Origin: Alphaproteobacteria bacterium | Lineage (GTDB): Bacteria > Pseudomonadota > Alphaproteobacteria > G963923945 | NCBI GenBank assembly: GCA_965199175.1 | Contig: OZ240684.1 | Coordinates: 1,448,565-1,512,564 of the forward strand | Direction of reading: 5' to 3' | DNA length: 64,000 bases | Shown here: one piece after another, positions 38,353-47,436 of the stretch | Numbering within the stretch: position 1 is the first letter of the stretch | How the letters are laid out: the number at the start of each line of letters is the position of its first letter | The notes under the pieces: model-generated | The model's input: the letters and a program-made list of their open reading frames with translations, nothing else | What the model was told of the DNA's origin: nothing | Database searches by the model: none | Program-made: the position numbers and the translations under genes

Positions 38353-38534
38353 GAATCTGCCATCAGGGATTCATCCATCAGCATCCTCCGATGCCTGATA
38401 CCGGTCAATCAGAACCTTTAAGTGGGTACGGATACGGGGAATTGCCACCAGTTCCCTTAAAAAATAATCCCGGTTGGGTCCCTGATCACGTTGCCGCATG
38501 GCCACGATGGCATCATTTACAAGGCACCACCCAA

Positions 38535-39614
38535 TCAATCTTTCCAGTCTTCTTCAAAGCCCTCCATCGGCAGAGAGTCAATGCCATAGAACGCTTGCCG
38601 ATGAAGATGTAGATTCACCCGAACGGCGGTATTTTTGTGAGGCGTGTTAATGCCAAGATGTTCACTTACAGCAGTCTCGGAAATCATCTGTTCACCCCAT
38701 TGGCCTGTACGACCATCCCAAATTTCAGCGTCCGAAACCAGTTGTTTGGCAGCAGTCTGAAAGGTCCATTGTGCATCCGGATTTCGGTAAACCCACCATG
38801 CATCCTTGAGCGGATAATCAATGCGTGGTGGAATCTCAGAACCACTACCACCAGATCGTTCACGGGGGCGGGTGCCCGCCCAATCACCGTAGATAATCTT
38901 TCGATCATTACGTTTTTTTTGTAATTGTTGAACCAGTTCATGATTGGTAAACGTGACTTTGCTACGCCCAATACAATTTCTGAACACCTTTGGTATTGTC
39001 GTGCATGAAACAACAATCGGCACCTGAGCATCGATATCAGTAAGCATGTCATCAATGATACCGCTAAACCAACGATGTAAACCCAATGCATCTTGCGACC
39101 ATCCACCTTCCAAAATTATGGTGAAGTCAGCAGTTCCCTCCGCTTTAAGTGCACCAATCACCTGACCCAAATTGATCGGCTCACATTGATGAAAAATACG
39201 TAATGCAAAGGTACGTTTGTATTTGCGATACTTCTCAATCTGACAGCGAATTTCCACTTCACTCTGATCACGAAGCTGTAGACACGGAATAATCCGGCTA
39301 TGTTCTCCAATAAAATTACACCATGATGCGAACGCATCTGCAGGATCAGAAAGCTGCTTCAATTCTATCTGCGCAGATGCTTCGGGATTTGGGTAGGTGT
39401 AGTCCCGATCAATATCCAGGAAATATGGACCGCTTTCATAAGCAGTTTGAAATCGTTCAATCGCATTATTTATAGAATGAGCGTTGACCCAAGGCGCAAG
39501 CAGAACACATGGTACCATGCGTTCTTTTGTTGCAAGAGGCAAATACTCCAACCCTCGCATCTCACTTGGCCGAATTGCGAGAGTTGGAACGTAAAGGGCA
39601 CTCGTAAAAAGCAT
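38535..39614 (-). CDS. Uncharacterised protein resembling the 'Beta protein' family (function unknown)
   Basis: 359 aa. The N-terminal LYVPTLAIRPSEMRGLEYL...PCVLLAP and C-terminal IIYGDWAGTRP...PRIDYPLKDAWWVYR resemble my memory of the Pfam Beta_protein family. The gene is AT-rich (a hand count of one 60-nt line gives 40% GC). It is the last gene of a tightly spaced three-gene unit. Confidence 0.5.
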   Translation of the reverse strand: MLFTSALYVPTLAIRPSEMRGLEYLPLATKERMVPCVLLAPWVNAHSINNAIERFQTAYESGPYFLDIDRDYTYPNPEASAQIELKQLSDPADAFASWCNFIGEHSRIIPCLQLRDQSEVEIRCQIEKYRKYKRTFALRIFHQCEPINLGQVIGALKAEGTADFTIILEGGWSQDALGLHRWFSGIIDDMLTDIDAQVPIVVSCTTIPKVFRNCIGRSKVTFTNHELVQQLQKKRNDRKIIYGDWAGTRPRERSGGSGSEIPPRIDYPLKDAWWVYRNPDAQWTFQTAAKQLVSDAEIWDGRTGQWGEQMISETAVSEHLGINTPHKNTAVRVNLHLHRQAFYGIDSLPMEGFEEDWKD

Positions 39615-39623
39615 AGAATATAT

Positions 39624-40133
39624 TTATACAGCAATGTTCTGGAGCCGAATTTCCATTGCTCCTTTTGAGACCCCAAAATTCTCCGCCAAAGCTTCAATTA
39701 CCGTATCACTGACATTTCCGCCAAGCTCTTCAAGGCGTTTTTTAACCGATTTTTCTGGCATTAAAATATCACTTGCCAATCGATTGGCTTCAAATTCAGT
39801 TTGTTCGGGTGCTCCGGAGCGATAAAGCACCGTGTCCGTAATACCATTCGGAGACTGATCAATTATGTGACGGTGTAATAAAAAATGTGCGATTTCATGC
39901 GCTATCGTAAATCGTTGTCGTCCCTTCGCCTCGAAGCGATTGACTTTGATTGTGTAACTACCATCTCTTTTTAAAATGCACCCTGAAATACCGGGACCAA
40001 GATTTGCAATTTTAACCTGTAGGTCAAATCGCCCAGCAAGAGCTCCAACAGGAACCGAATTTTCAGCCTGATGTTCTTCGATAATATCGCGTTGTTCTTT
40101 CGTCAGCCTATTCCATTCCGTTGACTGCGCCAT
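39624..40133 (-). CDS. ImmA/IrrE-family zinc metallopeptidase
   Basis: 169 aa with FTIAHEIAHFLLH (HExxH) and a downstream ...EANRLASDILMP, typical of the Peptidase_M78/DUF955 family. It lies 2 nt after the upstream gene's stop and 9 nt before the next start. Confidence 0.8.
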   Translation of the reverse strand: MAQSTEWNRLTKEQRDIIEEHQAENSVPVGALAGRFDLQVKIANLGPGISGCILKRDGSYTIKVNRFEAKGRQRFTIAHEIAHFLLHRHIIDQSPNGITDTVLYRSGAPEQTEFEANRLASDILMPEKSVKKRLEELGGNVSDTVIEALAENFGVSKGAMEIRLQNIAV

Positions 40134-40135
40134 TG

Positions 40136-40519
40136 TTATCTTGCCTCCTCATCTGAGTCTTCATCCTCTTCCAAATTACGACCAACATTATATGCAACTG
40201 CAGTAACTTTCTTGTCTAAATTTTTTTCTAAATCGCCCATTGCCTTTTTTACCTCTGCCTTCGCATCATCCTTAAGATTTTTAATAGTATAAGCTGCGAT
40301 CACTCCGACACCTATACCGACCGCTGCAAGAACGATAGTAACGCATGTCAGCATGATTGTTAAAAAATCGACATAACTAATATCTAGCGTTGCCAGCGGT
40401 TCAGAAGAAATCGCATCAGGAAAGTTAACGACTTGATACAAGAGGGAAAAAACCCAAAGAAACCCAGCTCCGCAAAAGGCTGCAACGACAAATTTTAAGA
40501 AGTTCCATATCCGACTCAT
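40136..40519 (-). CDS. Small two-TM membrane protein with a charged helical, acidic C-terminal tail. Function unknown
   Basis: 127 aa. TM1 is about FLKFVVAAFCGAGFLWVFSLL and TM2 about FLTIMLTCVTIVLAAVGIGVGVIAAY, with a tail ...LEEDEDSDEEAR. Very AT-rich (hand counts of 35-38% GC in two 60-nt lines). Confidence 0.6.
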   Translation of the reverse strand: MSRIWNFLKFVVAAFCGAGFLWVFSLLYQVVNFPDAISSEPLATLDISYVDFLTIMLTCVTIVLAAVGIGVGVIAAYTIKNLKDDAKAEVKKAMGDLEKNLDKKVTAVAYNVGRNLEEDEDSDEEAR

Positions 40520-40720
40520 ACTACCGACACCTTATATTTTTCAGACATATCAAATTTGTTCCAAATTCTCGTATTAACAGCGGCTAGAAGTAATTTTTCC
40601 AAGTTTTCGTGCATAACTCTTCATCCTCAATGCCGCTCAATCTGCATAAATAAATAGTCGTTCAAGTCAAATAATTTGTTTTTATTCTTCTTCTCCTGTA
40701 CGTCTTATGATCTGCTTCTT

Positions 40721-41467
40721 TCAGCCTTGGATATCACAGCCCAGAAAATCACGACCACACAACCGGCAGGCTTCCAGAACTGAAAAGGAGCCGGCTGCCG
40801 GATCCACGATCACATCCCCGGGATGGCTCACCGCCTCAATCAACCGGGTCTGTAACCTAACCGGCTTGGGATGAACCCCCTTGCCAACAGGGACTTTTTC
40901 CGACCACATATCGCGAATATCATGGAGTTTCCAAACCCCCTTAGCCCGCCGGGGTTGCCGTTGCATAACCACCAGATATTCACAGACCCGCCGGGTGCGG
41001 TACCCCATCCCCATTCGCTGCTTATCCCAGGTCACCATATCAACAACATCCAGCCGGGTTCCGGTGAGCCAATCGGTAAAACCCTTACACAGATGGAATT
41101 TATCCATCCATAAAAACAAATGCCCGGAAGGAATCAAAATACGATCAATCTCGCGGATAAATTCGTTGATCTTTTTTTCAGTCATTTGAAGCAGACCAGC
41201 CCGGCCCTTCTGGCGTTCCCCTTCATTGCCATAGGCCTGCTGATCCAGAATGCCGCGATATTGGGGGTCAAAAAAAACCACCGGAGAGCACTGTTCCGGC
41301 AGCATCTTCAAAAACTCCACCCCATCGATTTTTAAGCGGGTATTGTATTCCAAACCCTCAGGGAGCTGACGAAACGCACAAGGCGCATGGTCACGTTTCG
41401 AAGAAAAAACCCCTGCCTCACCCACCGGCCCGGCATGGTCAGGGACTGGCAAAACTTCCGAACGCAT
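40721..41467 (-). CDS. Orphan beta-class DNA (N6-adenine or N4-cytosine) methyltransferase
   Basis: 248 aa. The motif IV-like FFDPQY precedes the motif I-like VIVDPAAGSFSVLEA, which is the beta-class order. No restriction endonuclease gene is recognisable nearby. Confidence 0.8.
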   Translation of the reverse strand: MRSEVLPVPDHAGPVGEAGVFSSKRDHAPCAFRQLPEGLEYNTRLKIDGVEFLKMLPEQCSPVVFFDPQYRGILDQQAYGNEGERQKGRAGLLQMTEKKINEFIREIDRILIPSGHLFLWMDKFHLCKGFTDWLTGTRLDVVDMVTWDKQRMGMGYRTRRVCEYLVVMQRQPRRAKGVWKLHDIRDMWSEKVPVGKGVHPKPVRLQTRLIEAVSHPGDVIVDPAAGSFSVLEACRLCGRDFLGCDIQG

Positions 41468-41645
41468 CAGACCACGGACCGCAAGGCCAACGGATCAACC
41501 GCATACCGGCACCGTGCCATCATCAATCGGCACAAAAACCGCCAGACAATCAGCCGGTTATAATGCATGAATGATGCTCCTCCCTTGTTCCCAAGGTATG
41601 TTTTGGTTAACAGAATATCAACACCACATTTATTGATTGAGAGAA

Positions 41646-42503
41646 TCAGGATGACGGATCAGGAATAAGGATCTCACCCTGGCCACCAACCCCGATATCC
41701 CCGGCATATTTACGCAAACAACGCCCGGGCTTGCGGGAAAATTTGGTAAATGGCCCGCCAAACCCACCGATATATTTCATCAAAAGAGCAAAAAATGGCA
41801 GATCATGGCTGCCGCAATCCTGAAAGGTTGGGGCCAAAGCCGGTGGCCTGGCTGATAACAACACCGTTCCCCGGCGCATCATCAGGCCCAGCCCCGGCCC
41901 GGTCATCCCCAGGACACAAATCGTTCCGGCAATCAGGCGTGCGCCACAATGCGCACCAACATCACCGGCCACCAAAACCGACCCACGGCGCATCCGCTCA
42001 CCCAGCCGGTCCCCGGCCCGACCCAGGATACAAATCACCCCCCCGGTCATACCAACCCGTTGCCCCAGCAATGCCGCACCAACCAGGTCCCCGGCATTTC
42101 CGGCAATATCAATCCGGCCACCCGCCATGCCACATCCAACCCGGGACCCGACATCACCACCGACATGGATTGTTCCTCCAGCCATTTTTTCACCCAAATG
42201 ATCACCGCAATCACCTTCAACCAACACATTGCCTGCCTGCCAGCCGGCCCCAAGACCATCCAGCTTCCCGCAATCTCCGGTGATGATCAGTTGATCATCA
42301 TCATGACCACATAATGCTGTCCCCTCTATCGCGAACAGATCCCCCAAAGGCATTTTCCCGGCACCGGATTTTCCCGGATATGCCTGAACCCTCAGACGGC
42401 CAACCGCCTCAGGACCTTTGGCCAGAACACCGCTATCGGTTAACGGACGCATATCGACACGACCCGGAAAAGACTTTTTCACGGTGAGACGTAACATGCT
42501 CAT
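41646..42503 (-). CDS. fhcC: Formyltransferase/hydrolase complex subunit C (FmdC-like)
   Basis: 285 aa of repetitive G-x-x-G beta-helix (GDCGDHLGEKMAGGTIHVGGDVGSRVGCGMAGGRIDIAGNAGD...). Last gene of an fhcBADC operon. Confidence 0.88.
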   Translation of the reverse strand: MSMLRLTVKKSFPGRVDMRPLTDSGVLAKGPEAVGRLRVQAYPGKSGAGKMPLGDLFAIEGTALCGHDDDQLIITGDCGKLDGLGAGWQAGNVLVEGDCGDHLGEKMAGGTIHVGGDVGSRVGCGMAGGRIDIAGNAGDLVGAALLGQRVGMTGGVICILGRAGDRLGERMRRGSVLVAGDVGAHCGARLIAGTICVLGMTGPGLGLMMRRGTVLLSARPPALAPTFQDCGSHDLPFFALLMKYIGGFGGPFTKFSRKPGRCLRKYAGDIGVGGQGEILIPDPSS

Positions 42504-43399
42504 GAGCGCATAACCGGACGCAAATGAAAATGAAACGGACCCAGTTTACCACCATAATTCCCGGCCGATATCCTCAGCACCCCGGCATCACGACCAAGAT
42601 CACACACCGCTTTGAGACCAACCCGCATTGATTGAGCCACCGCATCCTCATCAAGACCATCAATGACAATCTCCATCACCGAGCGCATATCGGGTGATAA
42701 CTGGCTCTCAACCAACCCCTTCAAAGTGGGACAAAAGGCGTCATTGGTCGATGCAATCAGGCTCTTATACCGGGACCCAACTTTGGAGCCGGACCGGACC
42801 ACCCCGCCAGGAAAAGGCAAAACCGTCCCGGGAACCCGGCGCATCGCCTGCACTGCGGCTTCTGAAGCCCGCAGAGCGGCACCACGTGAAGTTGCCAAAA
42901 TCAGAAAATTACCCCCACCAACCCCGTCAACCTGATACGCATAATCTTCGCATAAAAATTCACCATCCATCACCGGAATCCGCCAATAACGCCGCTCATC
43001 AATCATCTTGGAAATTTGCCGACCATCCCCAAAATAGCGCAATGCTGCCCCAAGTTTGATCGGCTTATCACTTCGAATCCCGGCAAAACAGGCCGTTGTC
43101 GGGGCTGTCATAATACATTGCCCGGCCCGGTTGAGGACTTGTTTTGCCAATTCCTTAGACGACATCGCAAATATCAAAATGGCCACCCCTGGTCGGGCAT
43201 CCGGGGTTTCTTTAGCCGGAATTTCCCGCTCAATACCGGCTTCGCAACCGCATGCAATCACCGAGGTAGCAAAACCAGTCACGCTTTGAGCCGCTGCCTG
43301 GGCCCAGCGGCGGGTATCAGCAGTCACAATCAACCGGGTGGCTCGCATCGGAAAAGCCTCAGCAAACGTAGAATCAATCAGGACACCATTCACCCGCAT
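42500..43399 (-). CDS. fhcD: Formylmethanofuran--tetrahydromethanopterin N-formyltransferase
   Basis: MRVNGVLIDSTFAEAFPMRATRLIVTA... is Ftr-like. Start at 43399, 28 nt after the fhcA stop; the ORF track extends to 43594, inside fhcA. Confidence 0.88.
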   Translation of the reverse strand: MRVNGVLIDSTFAEAFPMRATRLIVTADTRRWAQAAAQSVTGFATSVIACGCEAGIEREIPAKETPDARPGVAILIFAMSSKELAKQVLNRAGQCIMTAPTTACFAGIRSDKPIKLGAALRYFGDGRQISKMIDERRYWRIPVMDGEFLCEDYAYQVDGVGGGNFLILATSRGAALRASEAAVQAMRRVPGTVLPFPGGVVRSGSKVGSRYKSLIASTNDAFCPTLKGLVESQLSPDMRSVMEIVIDGLDEDAVAQSMRVGLKAVCDLGRDAGVLRISAGNYGGKLGPFHFHLRPVMRS

Positions 43400-43427
43400 G
43401 ATCTGTTCACCCGCATGATATCCCGCA

Positions 43428-45092
43428 TTATGAAACCCTTTCCCGGCATGCGGCTTTTTCAGGACGGAAGCTCTGTTCAGGCGTGAAGTGATCTTCCCGG
43501 ATGGTCGCGCTGGCCAGTGACATTCCCATATAAGTCTCAAAATAGCGACCAAGAGATTGTTCAATCGACCGGTCATAGTCAGGACGAACCACATGGGTCG
43601 CTCCCTGGATCACATCAACCAACCGGCCCCGCCGGATAATCAATCTGCCATCCTTAAAAACCAGTTCCGGAGTCTCGAACATTTTTTGCTTGTTGGGATG
43701 CTCCTTGTAAACCGCGATATCAGCACCTGCACCAACCCCTAAATGCCCACGATCCTCAAGCCCCAGAAGCCGGGCCGGACCGGCCCGCGTCATAATCGCA
43801 ATCTCCTGAAGGGAATATTCGCGCTGAATAGATGCCAAATTGGTCGCACGGCGGGCCGCCGGGTTGAGGGTTGCCAGCATGTCATCCCGGAAGGACTTAT
43901 CCATCAATAAACGAATGAGATGCGGATAAGATGTAAAAGGACCCCCATTGGGATGGTCAGTGGTCATAAAAACCCGCCAGGGATCATCAATCAGCAGAAA
44001 AATCTCCAGACCAATGGCCCATTGTAACGCATTGACGAAATTTTTATCACGATAACGAAACGGCACCAGGCCACAACCAGCCTGGCAATCAATATCCATA
44101 CAAACAAATTTTTTCGGATGCGCATGGGGATGGTTACGGAACTGGGACATCGAATCACCGGATGCCGTCACTGTCTGACCGAACATGATCTGACCGACAT
44201 CAACCGAAATATTCGGATGCGCATTCACCGCTTCGGCAATGCGGGCGGCCCCGGAAGAAAATCCCCGGTCTCCCTCAACCCCATAGGAGTGATACTGAAT
44301 ATGGGTGAGATGCAGGGGCACCCCTCCTGCACCATCAATCATGCTCAGCGTGGAGTCCACATTGCCGGGCACCCCAAGATTGGGACCATGCACATGGAGC
44401 GAATGATGAAGCCCGATTTCATGAACCGCCCGGGCAAGGGTTTTGAGAACCTGGCGCGGTGTCACCGGGTAATGGGGGTGTTTCTCATCAATATCAAGAC
44501 GTCGGGCATTAAACTTAAACGCCGAAATACCACCAGGATTGACCACCTTAATGCCCAGGGCCTGGGTGCTGTGTATTGTCCAGGCAACATAATCCTTAAT
44601 GGCTGCAAAATCGGCTTTCCTGGCCAGCATCCGCAGAAAAAAATCATCATTGCCCAACATCGCATAAGCGCCTTTGTCAAGCATCGGAATATCAGCCATT
44701 TCCAGATGAGTCTGGCGGGCATTAACCGGCAGCATGGCCGGTTCATAAGCCGCCGTATACCCCATCTCAGCATAGCGGTAGCCGGTGGCAAAGCTGGTCA
44801 TTGTTGCCTCACCGCTGCCTGAACGAGTCAACCGCGCCCGGGCACGGGTATGGCGGGCATGTTCTTCGGGTAACAAAATCCGGGCAATATTCATCTTGCC
44901 GCCGGCAATATGGCTATGCATATCAATGCCCCCGGCCATCACCACCATCCCTGAGAGATCATGAACCGCATCGGGTTGACCACAGTCAGGCTCAGCAACA
45001 ATCCGCCCGTCGCGCAGGAAGATATCCCTGACCACGCCATCGATATTATTGCGCGGATCATACACCCGGCCACCACGTAAGACCGTCACCAT
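43428..45092 (-). CDS. fhcA: Formyltransferase/hydrolase complex subunit A (FmdA-like amidohydrolase)
   Basis: 554 aa with GGIDMHSHIAGGKMN and other amidohydrolase metal-site motifs. Confidence 0.9.
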   Translation of the reverse strand: MVTVLRGGRVYDPRNNIDGVVRDIFLRDGRIVAEPDCGQPDAVHDLSGMVVMAGGIDMHSHIAGGKMNIARILLPEEHARHTRARARLTRSGSGEATMTSFATGYRYAEMGYTAAYEPAMLPVNARQTHLEMADIPMLDKGAYAMLGNDDFFLRMLARKADFAAIKDYVAWTIHSTQALGIKVVNPGGISAFKFNARRLDIDEKHPHYPVTPRQVLKTLARAVHEIGLHHSLHVHGPNLGVPGNVDSTLSMIDGAGGVPLHLTHIQYHSYGVEGDRGFSSGAARIAEAVNAHPNISVDVGQIMFGQTVTASGDSMSQFRNHPHAHPKKFVCMDIDCQAGCGLVPFRYRDKNFVNALQWAIGLEIFLLIDDPWRVFMTTDHPNGGPFTSYPHLIRLLMDKSFRDDMLATLNPAARRATNLASIQREYSLQEIAIMTRAGPARLLGLEDRGHLGVGAGADIAVYKEHPNKQKMFETPELVFKDGRLIIRRGRLVDVIQGATHVVRPDYDRSIEQSLGRYFETYMGMSLASATIREDHFTPEQSFRPEKAACRERVS

Positions 45093-45093
45093 A

Positions 45094-46422
45094 TCAGCTT
45101 CTCCCGGCTGTTTGCAGAGCTTCCATCAAGGCATGCGCCATCATCGCCGCACTCATCAAAGAGGTATCGCGCAATTTGCGTAACGGCAAGGCCGCCACTG
45201 AATCACCACGGGTAAATGAACCGATATGATCAATCCCGGGAATGCCCACCGGCAGATACACTGCTGATTTTCGCGCCCCCACACTACCCGGACGCCCAAT
45301 CAGAATGAGAGAAGTATCATGAGGCGGAGGAGCCAGATCGGTATCGAATGTCGAAACCCAAATGAAGCAATCAGCCTCACCACGTGCCAGGAGTGTTCTG
45401 GTCGCATAAGCATCGGCATCATGATGCGGCTTACCGTTGGCAAAGCTCACCCGCAGGGGATAGCCGCTCTGCCATGTCGCGGCCTGGGCAGCACCCTGAA
45501 TATTATTCGACCCACTCAATGGAAACCCGGCACAACGCTGTTCAAGATTGATCTTTTTGATCAAAAGATTGATCGCTTCAACGGCATGATCACCGGCAGT
45601 ATCACTCAATTCGGCGGCGTTCCATACAATCACCCCGTAAGACGCATTGCGGATATGGGCCAGAACATCCTCAAGGGCTGCCCTGGGAACGCCAGCCACT
45701 CTGCGGGCCGCCAATATGCGCCCTTCATACAATGCTTTGAGAGCCAGAAAAATCTCAGCCAACTGATCGGGCCTGCCAGGGAGATGAAGGGGTTGACGAC
45801 CAGTCGGTGATACCCCGGCTGCCGTATCAAGGCCGCGCCCGATATAGATGACCCGGCGATCTTGCGGTTGTGGTTTGAATAAAGCAGATCTGGTCCAGAC
45901 ACATTTTTCAAAAAAACGCGGGGCGGCGGTGACTCCATCGGTCCCGGCCATGATAATCAGATCAGCCCGGTTGCGTATTTCGCCAATCGTTGTGGTTACC
46001 CATCCTTCAGTCTGGACCACCCTGGCATTGCGAAAATATCCTTCAGAAGCCGCATGATCAACAACCCCACCGGTGTGATCAGCCAGCTGTAAGAACGCTT
46101 TAAACCCCTCAATATCAGTGGCTAAACCACCATAGAGCGGCATCCGGGACCCCCGGATAAGAGTTGCCGCTTGTCGCAGAGCCTCAGCCAGAGAAACCGG
46201 CTTGCCTGCCACCATCGGTTCGGCATCCATTCCGGCCCCGGTAAAACGCTCCTGAGCACGCACACAGCCGCCTTTGCGCAACCGCAAGGAACGATCCGCA
46301 AGCACCGAAACCTGTAAATCATCACAACACAGCCCGCAAAACGGGCATGGAACCGATTTTTGGATAGAACACTCTCCCTTTTGCTTTCTCACATCCCAAA
46401 AAACGGGCAGAAAAAGCATCAT
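45094..46422 (-). CDS. fhcB: Formyltransferase/hydrolase complex subunit B (FmdB-like)
   Basis: 442 aa with an N-terminal CPFCGLCCDD Cys cluster and a molybdopterin-oxidoreductase-like body. The exact start is uncertain. Confidence 0.85.
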   Translation of the reverse strand: MMLFLPVFWDVRKQKGECSIQKSVPCPFCGLCCDDLQVSVLADRSLRLRKGGCVRAQERFTGAGMDAEPMVAGKPVSLAEALRQAATLIRGSRMPLYGGLATDIEGFKAFLQLADHTGGVVDHAASEGYFRNARVVQTEGWVTTTIGEIRNRADLIIMAGTDGVTAAPRFFEKCVWTRSALFKPQPQDRRVIYIGRGLDTAAGVSPTGRQPLHLPGRPDQLAEIFLALKALYEGRILAARRVAGVPRAALEDVLAHIRNASYGVIVWNAAELSDTAGDHAVEAINLLIKKINLEQRCAGFPLSGSNNIQGAAQAATWQSGYPLRVSFANGKPHHDADAYATRTLLARGEADCFIWVSTFDTDLAPPPHDTSLILIGRPGSVGARKSAVYLPVGIPGIDHIGSFTRGDSVAALPLRKLRDTSLMSAAMMAHALMEALQTAGRS

Positions 46423-46450
46423 CCCAAAGATAGTACACGCAACCTACGTT

Positions 46451-46480
46451 ATGTACCTAAGTTATATGTACCTAAGTTAT
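46451..46480. repeat. Perfect tandem duplication, 15 bp x2, upstream of fhcB
   Basis: atgtacctaagttat x2. Confidence 0.95.
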
Positions 46481-46565
46481 GTCATATTACGTGATGTTAA
46501 TGGACGCGACATATTTTATATTATACATATGTTTTATGTTATACCCGACTACGTAATACTTAAAT

Positions 46566-46620
46566 TCATCAATGACATACTTAAAGTCATCAATGATATA
46601 CTTAAAGTCATCAATGACGT
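46566..46620. repeat. Tandem repeat, 21 bp x2.6
   Basis: tcatcaatgacatacttaaag / tcatcaatgatatacttaaag / tcatcaatgacgt. Confidence 0.95.
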
Positions 46621-46812
46621 TATACAGAGTAAATACCAGATAACTATACGTAATAAATACAAATAAATTACGTAATAAATACTAAAAACATAAATACTAA
46701 AAACCGACGTAAACACCAAATACCAACCGTGTCACCCATACCAACAATTCGGTTCCCCAAACAGGGTGATGCCATGCTTTGTTACACAACCAAAATCATC
46801 ATCAGCTGTTCG

Positions 46813-47193
46813 TCAGTCATATTTGATATAAGCAAAGCGTTGATCCGTATTCGGGGTTCCCTCAAGAGGTCCATCCTCAGAACCCGGACGCCAACCAATC
46901 ATTTCCTCAATTTTAGCCGCCAAAGCAAAATCCTTATCGGTGATGCCTTTGGCGGCATGATTGGTCAGTTTGACCTCAACGAAAGCATAGGATGCGACAA
47001 TATCCGGATGATGCCAGGCCGCTTCGGCCAGATGCCCGACTGCATTGACCACCATCAATGTTCCTTTCCAGCTATATGTGCGATATTTACGACAGATCCA
47101 TCTCCCCTCCAGCCGCCACTCCGGCAGAGTTTGCTCAAGGCGTTGGGTAACCTCGCTATCAGAATAGGTTCGCTCCGTATTGTGTTCAGACAT
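46813..47193 (-). CDS. Pterin-4a-carbinolamine dehydratase (PCD/DCoH family)
   Basis: 126 aa with ...AVGHLAEAAWHHPDIVASYAFVEVKLTNH... (the HHPD signature) and a short C-terminal extension. Confidence 0.85.
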   Translation of the reverse strand: MSEHNTERTYSDSEVTQRLEQTLPEWRLEGRWICRKYRTYSWKGTLMVVNAVGHLAEAAWHHPDIVASYAFVEVKLTNHAAKGITDKDFALAAKIEEMIGWRPGSEDGPLEGTPNTDQRFAYIKYD

Positions 47194-47305
47194 TATTTTA
47201 TTTAACCATTATTTATTATGTTCAGACGTTATTTTATTCAGCATTTTATTCAGCATTGTGTTGAGCCATGATTTATTGTGTTGAGCCATGATGTTGAACC
47301 ATGAC
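47183..47305. repeat. Nested duplications that copy the 5' end of the PCD gene and the adjacent spacer
   Basis: tgttcagacattattttatt (contains the real start, cat at 47191-47193) is copied as tgttcagacgttattttatt at 47219. Then cagcattttatt / cagcatt, and gtgttgagccatgatttatt / gtgttgagccatgat / gttgaaccatgac. Confidence 0.85.
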
Positions 47306-47436
47306 CGGCCCTGGTTGATGAAACATTCTATTCAGTTCCGGGAACCAGAATCATCGGCCAATATAACAATATTGACTCTCAGCACCATCGGAAAAAAATC
47401 ACTCTTCGTCACATCATATTCTGGCCGCATCATATT

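Noticed and set aside
38353-41645. Interpretation of the 38.5-41.5 kb insert as a prophage remnant or integrative element
   Set aside because: I recognise no integrase, recombinase, transposase, tRNA attachment site or flanking direct repeat. Foreign origin is suggested only by composition, so no mobile_element feature is called.
43400-43594. N-terminal extensions proposed by the ORF track (fhcD to 43594, recA to 22664, fae to 54317, HisA/F-like to 55957, the TAXI gene to 62446, the glycosyltransferase to 36952, and the degenerate MotB-like gene to 8115)
   Set aside because: The extensions overlap upstream genes or lack similarity to the conserved family N-termini. Internal ATGs coincide with conserved N-terminal motifs and, in several cases, with Shine-Dalgarno-like sequences.
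44118-44822. Long antisense or alternate-frame ORFs inside well-supported genes (for example 44118..44822 in fhcA, 28202..28954 in ccr, 41750..42283 in fhcC, 54341..54877 in fae, 37357..37944 in the glycosyltransferase, 20615..21100 in the kinase, 59278..59877 in the DHPS-like gene, and 10003..10608 in the 1226-aa gene)
   Set aside because: These are shadow ORFs typical of GC-rich coding DNA. Their translations are low-complexity (rich in Arg, Pro, His and Gly) with no recognisable domains, whereas the opposite or alternate frame has strong family signatures.
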